This document shows, one piece after another, positions 36,724 to 44,957 of a DNA stretch of 64,000 nt. The DNA is from Bacillales bacterium (lineage in GTDB: Bacteria; Bacillota_I; Bacilli_A; RFN20; CAG-826), in contig JBQMZB010000001.1 in the NCBI GenBank assembly GCA_052171195.1, positions 1,735 to 65,734 of the forward strand. Reading direction: 5' to 3'. The position numbers and the translations under genes are program-made. The notes under the pieces were generated by a model. It made no database searches and was not told where the DNA came from. It saw only the letters and a program-made list of their open reading frames with translations. Every line of letters starts with the position of its first letter. Within the stretch, counting starts at the first letter, position 1.

Positions 36724-37404
36724 TTAAAGAGTTTCAATAAATTTTATTAAAAAATCAAAAGCTACTTCACTGGATTTTTTAACATTAATTAGATAATCTT
36801 TTCCATCTCCATTTAATGTATCACTTATACATTTGACTAAAAAACAAGGTATATTATTTTTAAAACAAATTCTTACAATTGAAGCACTTTCCATATCACA
36901 GATAGAAGCACTAAATTCGTTATGTAGATAATTTTTAAATTCTAATGAAGATATAAATTTATCTCCAGATGCACATCTAACTAATTTTAAATTTGGATTA
37001 ATATTTAAAGCTTTTAAAATTAATTTATTTGATGTAGGCATATATTGATTATCAAATTCAATATATTGATGTTTTAAAATATTATCAATTTCACTTACAT
37101 CATAATCATAATGAATAACATCTTTAACAATCAATAAATCATTAACTTTTAATGACTCTTCTAACGCTCCTACAACTCCATAATTTAAAACAACTTCAAC
37201 ATTTAATACGCTTATTAAAAATTGAGTCATTGCACTTGAATCAATAATTCCATATCCTGATTTTACAAAATATATCTTTTTTTCTTTAAGTTTTAAAACA
37301 TAAACTTTAATATTTTTATAATTTAAAATCTCATAATCTGAAAAAGAATTAATAAATGCTTCAAATTCTTTATTAACTGCAACTAATACACCAATTTTTT
37401 CCAT
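36724..37404 (-). CDS. mtnN: MTA/SAH nucleosidase family (PNP_UDP_1 fold)
   Basis: 226 aa, GVVGALEE and CDMESASIV resemble the nucleosidase G.AG and EMEgAA blocks. Confidence 0.6.
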   Translation of the reverse strand: MEKIGVLVAVNKEFEAFINSFSDYEILNYKNIKVYVLKLKEKKIYFVKSGYGIIDSSAMTQFLISVLNVEVVLNYGVVGALEESLKVNDLLIVKDVIHYDYDVSEIDNILKHQYIEFDNQYMPTSNKLILKALNINPNLKLVRCASGDKFISSLEFKNYLHNEFSASICDMESASIVRICFKNNIPCFLVKCISDTLNGDGKDYLINVKKSSEVAFDFLIKFIETL

Positions 37405-37408
37405 ATCT

Positions 37409-39166
37409 TTATCTTATAGGTTTTGTAACATTTTTTAAATAGTTTAACAATTTTCTATCTTTTTTAATATAAGGTTTAATTGATTTATATACCCAATTAT
37501 TATAATTATTTAACCATGTTTTTTCTTCTTTATTTAACATGGATTTAATAACTCCTCTAGTTTCTATTGGAGCACAAGTAACTGTTTCAAATTTATAATA
37601 ATTATCGTTATTAACACTAAAAGCATCTACACATAATAAATTATTTTCAATTCTTATTCCGTATTTATTTTCTTTATATACACCAGGTTCAACAGTAGTT
37701 ACCATTCCTGGAACTATTTTAGCTCCATCGTCTCTTTCTTTTACCTTTTTATATCTAAAACCATTAGGACCTTCATGTACATTTAAAATATAACCAACAC
37801 CATGACCTGTTCCGCATTTATAATCTAGTCCTTCTCTCCACATAATTTCACGGGCTTTTATATCAATACTTTGACCACTACATCCATCTAAGAAAATAGT
37901 ATTAGTTAAAGAAATTACGCTTTTTAAAGTAAGTGTATAATCTTTTTTATATTCATAAGGTAAAAATTTCTTTAACGCAAACATTCTTGTTGTATCGGTG
38001 GTTCCTCCATAATATTGACCGCCACTATCTACTAATAGTTCAATTTCACTAGAATTTACAACTTTAGTTTTGTCTTTAGTTGCAGAATAATGCATTAAAG
38101 CACCATTGCTTCCAACAGCAGCAATTGTTTCAAAAGATAAATCAAAACATCTTTTATTTTCTCTTCTAAATTCTTCTAATTTTTCACTATATTGAAATTC
38201 AGTTAAATTATTTTTTAAATTCTGTTTCAAAAAATAACCAAATTTAACTAAAGCTACTCCATCTAAAATTTGAATTTCTTTAATATTTTTGATTTCTTTT
38301 TTATCTTTCACGCATTTCATTAAATAAGCTGGTGATTTATCATCAACTATCTTATTAATATTTAACGCTGTATTTGTGTTTAATCTTGATAAATCCGTTA
38401 AGGTTAAAACATCTTTTCTTGTTTTTAAAAATTTATTAATATCTTTATATTTATGAATTTTTATTTTATCTAAATTAAAATCAATTTTATCTTTATCTAT
38501 AAAAAGATGGCAACCTTCTTTAATTGAAATATATAAATAAGAATAAAATACTGGATTACATTTAATATCACTACCTCTAATATTTAAAAGGTAGGCAATA
38601 TCATCTAAAGATGAAATTAAGCATGCATCAACATTTTTTTCTTTTAAGGTATTTATAACTTTTTCAATTTTCTTTTGATAATTCAGAGTGTATAAATTTG
38701 ATTTTAGTTTAAAAACCTTATTAGATATTAATTTAGGTCTATTATTTATAAGTTGTGAATAATCTTTATCTATTATCTTACATCTAGGATTAGTAAATGA
38801 TTCATAATATTTTTTGGTAATAATATTAAAATTTACTCCAAATGGATATAAATTATTAGCTTTAATAAACTCAGGTATATTTAAAACACCTTTTTCACCT
38901 ATTTTCATTAATTTAATATTAGTATCTTTAAGCTCATTTTCTGCTTGAATAAAAAATCTTCCATCAGTAAAAAGATATGCTGAATCTTGAGTAACTAATA
39001 AATCACCTGTATCTCCCGTAAATGGACAGAAAAACAATCTTTCACTTAGATAGTAATCACTAACATATTCATTATTATGCGGATCACTTGTTAAAATTAA
39101 ATATGATTTTATATTATCTTTTTTTAAATATTCTTGTAATTTTATTAAATTTTCATTTTTAAACAT
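37409..39166 (-). CDS. pepP: Three-domain Xaa-Pro aminopeptidase (M24B, aminopeptidase P type)
   Basis: Creatinase-like N-domains, DSGGQY..GTTDTTR, HGVGYILNVHEGP, EPG..., IRIEN metal-ligand blocks. 585 aa. Confidence 0.8.
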   Translation of the reverse strand: MFKNENLIKLQEYLKKDNIKSYLILTSDPHNNEYVSDYYLSERLFFCPFTGDTGDLLVTQDSAYLFTDGRFFIQAENELKDTNIKLMKIGEKGVLNIPEFIKANNLYPFGVNFNIITKKYYESFTNPRCKIIDKDYSQLINNRPKLISNKVFKLKSNLYTLNYQKKIEKVINTLKEKNVDACLISSLDDIAYLLNIRGSDIKCNPVFYSYLYISIKEGCHLFIDKDKIDFNLDKIKIHKYKDINKFLKTRKDVLTLTDLSRLNTNTALNINKIVDDKSPAYLMKCVKDKKEIKNIKEIQILDGVALVKFGYFLKQNLKNNLTEFQYSEKLEEFRRENKRCFDLSFETIAAVGSNGALMHYSATKDKTKVVNSSEIELLVDSGGQYYGGTTDTTRMFALKKFLPYEYKKDYTLTLKSVISLTNTIFLDGCSGQSIDIKAREIMWREGLDYKCGTGHGVGYILNVHEGPNGFRYKKVKERDDGAKIVPGMVTTVEPGVYKENKYGIRIENNLLCVDAFSVNNDNYYKFETVTCAPIETRGVIKSMLNKEEKTWLNNYNNWVYKSIKPYIKKDRKLLNYLKNVTKPIR

Positions 39167-39210
39167 AATTTTACCTCATTTAAATATTATAAACCATATT
39201 AAAAAAAATA

Positions 39211-39249
39211 TATAAAAAAACTTCTTAAATAATTAAATTTAAGAAGTTT
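39211..39249 (-). terminator. Rho-independent terminator after hsp20
   Basis: 13-bp stem AAACTTCTTAAAT / ATTTAAGAAGTTT followed by a T-run on the minus strand. Confidence 0.75.
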
Positions 39250-39291
39250 AATATAACTAACTAAATAAATTTCTTTAATAGGATTCAAAAT

Positions 39292-39699
39292 TTATTCAAT
39301 AAATATATTGTTTTCTTGTTCTACTTTATTTGTTTTTGGTACTTCAATTTTTAAAATACCATCATTTAATTTAGCTTTAACTAAATTTTTATCAATATCT
39401 CCAACATAGAAACTACGTTTAGAGCAACCATAATATCTTTCTTTTCTAATATAATTATGTTCTTTATTCTCTTCTTCTTCCTTTTTAACTTCTTCATAAT
39501 TAATATTTAAATACCCATTTTTAATATTAATTTTAATTTGTTCTTTTTTTGCTCCTGGAATATCAATTGTAAAAATATAATCCTTATCTGTTTCTTCAAT
39601 ATCTGTACGCATTATACGGTTTAAATTAAAATCCTTATTTTCTTTTGGGTATAATACCTCAAAGAATGGATCAAATAAATTAATTAAATCATTTTTCAT
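39292..39699 (-). CDS. Small heat-shock protein (Hsp20/alpha-crystallin)
   Basis: MRTDIEETDKDYIFTIDIPG...DGILKIEVPK alpha-crystallin domain. I start at ATG 39699 (SD AAGGAG 8 nt upstream). The track start at 39732 is a TTG inside the CIRCE element. Confidence 0.85.
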   Translation of the reverse strand: MKNDLINLFDPFFEVLYPKENKDFNLNRIMRTDIEETDKDYIFTIDIPGAKKEQIKINIKNGYLNINYEEVKKEEEENKEHNYIRKERYYGCSKRSFYVGDIDKNLVKAKLNDGILKIEVPKTNKVEQENNIFIE

Positions 39700-39721
39700 A
39701 AATATATTCTCCTTTACATAT

Positions 39722-39748
39722 TTAGCACTCAAATATCTTGATTGCTAA
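39722..39748. promoter_or_regulatory. CIRCE-like HrcA operator 1 (TTAGCACTC-N9-GATTGCTAA)
   Basis: One mismatch to the consensus TTAGCACTC-N9-GAGTGCTAA. Lies between the -10 box and the RBS of hsp20. Confidence 0.7.
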
Positions 39749-39752
39749 ATAA

Positions 39753-39781
39753 AGTATATATTGATAAATTAGCACTTTCAA
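39753..39781 (-). promoter_or_regulatory. Sigma-A-type promoter of hsp20
   Basis: Minus strand reads TTGAAA, a 17-nt spacer, then TATACT. Confidence 0.6.
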
Positions 39782-39795
39782 TAGTTAATTGCTAA
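39769..39795. promoter_or_regulatory. CIRCE-like HrcA operator 2 (TTAGCACTT-N9-AATTGCTAA)
   Basis: Three mismatches to the consensus. Overlaps the -35 box of the hsp20 promoter. Confidence 0.55.
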
Positions 39796-39850
39796 TTTTT
39801 TATAAATTTTTTTAGTTCTTTTTAATCTCCTAATAAGATATTATTTATTT

Positions 39851-40345
39851 ATGAAATTAGTAATTATCAGCGACTCACATGGAGAAAACTTCTTAATTGA
39901 AGAAATAGTAAATATGGAGGGTTTAAACTCAACTTACATTCATTTAGGAGATTCTGAATCAAATAATCCAATATTAGATAGATTTATTAAGGTTAAAGGA
40001 AATTGCGATTATACATATAAATTAGAAAATAAAATTGATATTACTTTAGAACAATTAAAAATTCATCTAGAACATGGAAATAATATAAATTTTTTATTAG
40101 ATAAAAATAAATACATTAAAGAATGTAATTGCGATATATTTTTATATGGTCATTCGCACAAAAAAGAATATCTAAAATTAGATAATATATATGTTTCCAA
40201 CCCTGGTAGTTTAAATAGACCTAGAGATGATATATATGGATCGTATTTAATATTAAATATAAAAAATAAAAAAATTGAAAATTATGAGTTTAAAAAAATT
40301 AACTTAAAAACAGGATTAATTACTTCTTACTCAAAGAATCTTTAA
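39851..40345 (+). CDS. YfcE/MJ0936-family metallophosphoesterase
   Basis: ISDSHG, GDSE, GNCD, GHSH motifs, 164 aa. Confidence 0.75.
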   Translation: MKLVIISDSHGENFLIEEIVNMEGLNSTYIHLGDSESNNPILDRFIKVKGNCDYTYKLENKIDITLEQLKIHLEHGNNINFLLDKNKYIKECNCDIFLYGHSHKKEYLKLDNIYVSNPGSLNRPRDDIYGSYLILNIKNKKIENYEFKKINLKTGLITSYSKNL

Positions 40346-41516
40346 TTAATTTAGCTTCTGCATAACATAATAAAAGATTATATCCACCACATAAACCATC
40401 AAAATTTAAAATTTCACCCATACAATATACATTTTCTTCAATCTTTGAAGATAAATCATTATTAAAATTAGATAATTCTAATCCACCTACACTTACTTGG
40501 CTGTCATTAAATTCATAATGTTCTTTATACTCAAATTTTAAGTTTTTGCATAAATTGGCAATTTTATTTATATCTGAATTAGAAAAACTCATTAGGTTTT
40601 TTGCGTTGCTTTCTTTTCTTATATATTCAGCTACATTTTTAGTAAAATATCCTAATAAGAAATTATGTTTAGAAATAGAATTAGCAAATTTGAATTCTTC
40701 AATTAATTTATTGATTTCAATATTTGGAAATAAATCTAGGCTAATGTATGCTTTTTTATAATCTTTGAAATTTCTTGAAATAATCGAGGAAATATTCATG
40801 ATAGAAATACCACTTAAACCATCTTTTTTAACTAAAACTTCGCCTATTTCTTTATATTTTAAAGAATTATCTAGATATAAAGAAGCTTGACATTTAAATC
40901 TTTCATTTTCTATAATACCAGTTTTATTTATTGTTTTAATTGGGGTTAAACCTGGATATATATCACTAATTTGATAATTATGATCTTTTAAAATTTTTAA
41001 AAAACTTCCATCACTACCAAATTTTGAACTAGATTTGCCTCCAGTTGCTATTATAAGATAATCAAAATTATAATTTTTATTATCACTTGTGATTAATTTT
41101 ATATTTTTATTTTTAACTTCATAATCTTTAATATTAATTTCGTTAATAAATTTAATTTTATATTCTTTACATATCAAGATTAAATAATCACATATACTTT
41201 TGCTACTTAAAGAAAAAGGATACATTAAATTATCAATCATTCTAGTTTTTATTCCAATAGATTCTAAAAACTCTGATAATTTAAGATAGTTATTTTTCTT
41301 GACAATATTATAAGCAAATTTATCATTATAAGAATTTTCATTAATTACAGAGTTAGCAAGATTACATCTTCCATTTCCAGTAGCGTAGATTTTTTTTAAT
41401 GGTAATTTATTATGATCAAAAATTGTAATATTAATTTTATTATCTTTATCATCTTGTTTTAATAATAAAGCTAAATATATTGCACTAGCCCCTTGACCAA
41501 TAATTCCTATTCTCAT
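40320..41516 (-). CDS. HI0933/BaiN-family FAD-dependent flavoprotein
   Basis: N-terminal IGIIGQGASAIYLALLL dinucleotide fold, ATGGKS, C-terminal CGGYNL. 398 aa. Confidence 0.7.
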   Translation of the reverse strand: MRIGIIGQGASAIYLALLLKQDDKDNKINITIFDHNKLPLKKIYATGNGRCNLANSVINENSYNDKFAYNIVKKNNYLKLSEFLESIGIKTRMIDNLMYPFSLSSKSICDYLILICKEYKIKFINEINIKDYEVKNKNIKLITSDNKNYNFDYLIIATGGKSSSKFGSDGSFLKILKDHNYQISDIYPGLTPIKTINKTGIIENERFKCQASLYLDNSLKYKEIGEVLVKKDGLSGISIMNISSIISRNFKDYKKAYISLDLFPNIEINKLIEEFKFANSISKHNFLLGYFTKNVAEYIRKESNAKNLMSFSNSDINKIANLCKNLKFEYKEHYEFNDSQVSVGGLELSNFNNDLSSKIEENVYCMGEILNFDGLCGGYNLLLCYAEAKLIKDSLSKK

Positions 41517-41572
41517 ATTTCTTTCCCTCTCTTAATAAAAAAAGATTACTTAAAAAAGTAATCTTTAAAAAT

Positions 41573-42943
41573 TTATTTATCAATATCTTTAATTTCTTTT
41601 TTATATTTATTAAACTCTTCAGAGTTACATAATATAAAATGACCAGGTAAAATTTCTTTTAAAGTTGGTTTCTCTTTACTGTAATCGTGAGATTCTTTAG
41701 GATTATAAGTAATTCTTTGTCTAACTTTTTCAGTTAGTGGATTTGGCTTTGGTATAGCACTTAATAAACTTTTAGTGTATGGATGTAATGGATGTTTAAA
41801 TAATTCATCACTTGAAGCAAGTTCTACTAATTCTCCAAAATACATAACAGCGATACGATCACAGAAATATTTAACAACACTTAAGTCGTGAGCAATAAAT
41901 AATAATGATAAACCCATTTCTTCTTTTAATTCATTTAAAAGATTAATAATTTGAGCACGAATAGAAACATCTAAAGCACTTATTGGTTCGTCACAAATTA
42001 ATAATTTAGGATTCATAACTAAAGCACGAGCAATACCAATTCTTTGTCTTTGTCCACCAGAGAATTCATGTGGATATCTATTCGCGTATTCAGCAATTAA
42101 TCCAACTTTTTCTAAAACCTCAACAACTTTTTTATGATTTTCTTTACGATTTTTAAGACCTTGTATTTCCAAACCTTCACTAATAATTGATTCAACGGTC
42201 ATTCTTGGATCTAATGAGTCAATTGGATCTTGAAATATCATTTGAATTTCTCTCATTAGTTTAGGATCAACATGCTTATCATCATATTTAATTTGTTTAA
42301 TTTTAGCTTTTTGAATCTTTATAATATTATTCTTTTTATTAGTTAAATCTTGTAATTTATTTTTATATTCCTCTAAAGTAATATTGTTATTATTAAGTTC
42401 TTCTTTAAGTTTATTTTTTTCTTCTTTAAATCTAATTAAAGTATATTTAATTTCTTTTTCATTCCATCTACTACCGGCACCAATTCTAACACCTTTATAA
42501 TAGATTGAACCTGAAGTAATATTGTAAAGTCTAATAATAGATCGTCCAGTTGTAGTTTTTCCACAACCGCTTTCTCCAACTAAACCAAAACATTCACCTT
42601 CTTTAACTTGGAAAGAAACATCATGAACAGCTTTTAGTTTAAATCGATTAATACCCTTACCGAAAAAGAAATATTGTTTAAGGTGGTTAACACTTAAAAT
42701 AACATTATCTTTAGCGTATTCAACTTTATATTTACATTTACTTTGTATTTTTTCTAATTCTACTTTAGAAGCATTTACCTTATTTTTTTCGTCATTAATA
42801 TCAATTTTGTGTTCGTCTTTATCGTCACGTTCTACTAAAGTTTTTCTGTTTGATGTATTTTTGATTAAATCTTTAATAGGCATAGTTTTCTTTTTAACAT
42901 CACTATCATGAACAATAGTTTTTTCTCTAATTTCTTTTTTCAT
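41573..42943 (-). CDS. oppF: Oligopeptide ABC transporter ATPase OppF with an N-terminal extension and an internal insert
   Basis: GESGCGKTT, FSGGQRQRIGIARAL, LICDEP, C-terminal oligopeptide-ABC domain. 456 aa. Confidence 0.85.
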   Translation of the reverse strand: MKKEIREKTIVHDSDVKKKTMPIKDLIKNTSNRKTLVERDDKDEHKIDINDEKNKVNASKVELEKIQSKCKYKVEYAKDNVILSVNHLKQYFFFGKGINRFKLKAVHDVSFQVKEGECFGLVGESGCGKTTTGRSIIRLYNITSGSIYYKGVRIGAGSRWNEKEIKYTLIRFKEEKNKLKEELNNNNITLEEYKNKLQDLTNKKNNIIKIQKAKIKQIKYDDKHVDPKLMREIQMIFQDPIDSLDPRMTVESIISEGLEIQGLKNRKENHKKVVEVLEKVGLIAEYANRYPHEFSGGQRQRIGIARALVMNPKLLICDEPISALDVSIRAQIINLLNELKEEMGLSLLFIAHDLSVVKYFCDRIAVMYFGELVELASSDELFKHPLHPYTKSLLSAIPKPNPLTEKVRQRITYNPKESHDYSKEKPTLKEILPGHFILCNSEEFNKYKKEIKDIDK

Positions 42944-42945
42944 AA

Positions 42946-44955
42946 CTATTTACCTCCTTTTAAAGATTCTTCATATTGCTTATATGCATTTTTAATACGA
43001 GTTTTAACAATTTTTGGCATCTCAACTTTAGGTGCATCTTTATGTAATAACCAAGTAGCAGCGTAGTGAGTTGGACTAACTTCAAAATAAGGTGGTTCGT
43101 ATTTAAAGTCAATTTTTAAAGCATATTTACTTCTTAAAGCAAAGGCATCACCTTTTGGTGGGTAAACCATATCAGGTGGAGTTCCTGGGATTGCTTCAAG
43201 TTTTTCTTTACTATCTATATCAGGTATTGATGAAAGAAGTGCCCATGTATATGGATGTTTTGGTTCAAAGAATACTTCTTCTACTAAACCATACTCAACA
43301 ATTTTACCAGCATACATAACTGCAACACGGTCTGCCATGTTAGCAACAACACCAAGGTCATGAGTAATGAAAATACAACTTAAATTTCTTTCAACTTTTA
43401 ATCTATTTATTAATTCAAGAATTTGAGCTTGAATTGTAACGTCTAAAGCAGTTGTTGGTTCATCGCAAATAAGAATTTCTGGGTCGGCAGTTAAAGCAAT
43501 AGCTATAACGATTCTTTGTCTCATACCGCCACTAAATTCAAATGGATATTGATTAAATCTTCTTTCTGGAAGTGGGATCCCTACTTCTCTCATAACTTCA
43601 AGAGCTTTTTTCTTTGCTTCTTTTTTAGTTATCCTAGTTTTGTTAATGTAATTATTTTTCTCATCTTCCAAAGCATTTTTACATTCTTCAACTTTTAAGA
43701 ATAATTTTTCAAATTTTTTATCACTAAACTCTACTAATTTAAGATTGTTTTGAACAGTTTTAGAAATAGAATTTTCTTTAAAAGTAACTTGTTCTTTTTT
43801 AATTTGTTTTTTTATAAGTTTGTTTTTTCTAACAATAGAATTTAATTCATTTCTTTTTTCAATAGAAAGTGAGTTTTTATAATCTAATAAATCTTTTTGA
43901 GCATGGAATAATTTTTGTTTTAGCTCTAATGATTTTGTTTTATGTTCTTTTAAAAGTTGAAGTTTATGGAAGGCAACAATGTTATTAGCATTCTTTTTAG
44001 ATAATCTAAAAATCTTTTTTAAAACAGGTGATTGATTTTTTAATCCTTTTTTTGTAAGTTCAATTAATAAAGAAAGATATTCATTAACAATAGTTAAATT
44101 ATCTATTAAATTTGAAGTAAATTTCTTAATAATAAATTTATCTAAAAGTTCAATATGAGCATTATAATCATTTATTTGAAGATTATATCTTTCTTTTCTT
44201 AATTCTAAAGGAATATTATCAGTTGTTGGTTCCTTGCTTTTATTTAATTTTTCTATTTTGGAATTAGCTTTATCAATTTTAGCTAAATATGTTTCTTTAT
44301 CAAATCCATAGTTTCTTACTACTAAAGAAAGATAAGAATTTACTTTATCCTCTAAAACTTCTTTTTTTGAAATAAGTTCTTCTTTATTTGCATCATTATT
44401 TTCTAATTTTGTTAATAAAGATTTATATTCTTTAATTGTACTTAAGTTTTCATTTATTTGGTTATTAGCCTTATGAATTTCATAAAAACCATTTGCTTTT
44501 AAATTACGTAAATTAGTTAAATCTCTAGAAATTAAATTATAATATTCTTTTTTAAGAACATTATTATTAATCATCATAGTTTCAATAATTTGTTTACCAA
44601 CTTTAACAATAGGATTTAAAGCTGAGAGAGGATCTTGGAAAATCATACCGATTTTATTTCCTCTAATACGGTGGAAATCTTCTTCGCTAACACGAACTAA
44701 ATCTTCACCTTCATAAATTATTTGTCCGTTATTAATAATAGCGTTGTTAGCTAGAATTCCCATGATAGATTTGGAAGTTACTGATTTTCCACTACCACTT
44801 TCTCCAACTATACATAATGTTTCGCCTTTATAAAGATCAAAACTAACACCACGGACTGCTTGAACTAAACCGTGATCACTTTTGAAATTAACTTCAAGGT
44901 TTTTAACTGAAAGTACTTTTTTTGCTTTGCTATAATCTATAGTTTTATTTTCCAT
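42946..44955 (-). CDS. oppD: Oligopeptide ABC transporter ATPase OppD carrying a ~300 aa K/E/N-rich insertion
   Basis: GESGSGKSV, MIFQDP, FSGGMRQR, LICDEPTTALD. 669 aa, roughly twice the canonical length. Confidence 0.85.
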   Translation of the reverse strand: MENKTIDYSKAKKVLSVKNLEVNFKSDHGLVQAVRGVSFDLYKGETLCIVGESGSGKSVTSKSIMGILANNAIINNGQIIYEGEDLVRVSEEDFHRIRGNKIGMIFQDPLSALNPIVKVGKQIIETMMINNNVLKKEYYNLISRDLTNLRNLKANGFYEIHKANNQINENLSTIKEYKSLLTKLENNDANKEELISKKEVLEDKVNSYLSLVVRNYGFDKETYLAKIDKANSKIEKLNKSKEPTTDNIPLELRKERYNLQINDYNAHIELLDKFIIKKFTSNLIDNLTIVNEYLSLLIELTKKGLKNQSPVLKKIFRLSKKNANNIVAFHKLQLLKEHKTKSLELKQKLFHAQKDLLDYKNSLSIEKRNELNSIVRKNKLIKKQIKKEQVTFKENSISKTVQNNLKLVEFSDKKFEKLFLKVEECKNALEDEKNNYINKTRITKKEAKKKALEVMREVGIPLPERRFNQYPFEFSGGMRQRIVIAIALTADPEILICDEPTTALDVTIQAQILELINRLKVERNLSCIFITHDLGVVANMADRVAVMYAGKIVEYGLVEEVFFEPKHPYTWALLSSIPDIDSKEKLEAIPGTPPDMVYPPKGDAFALRSKYALKIDFKYEPPYFEVSPTHYAATWLLHKDAPKVEMPKIVKTRIKNAYKQYEESLKGGK

Positions 44956-44957
44956 AA

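Noticed and set aside
39700-39732. Track start of hsp20 at 39732 (MSAKYVKENIF...).
   Set aside because: That codon is TTG and lies inside the CIRCE inverted repeat. ATG at 39699 is preceded by AAGGAG at ideal spacing.
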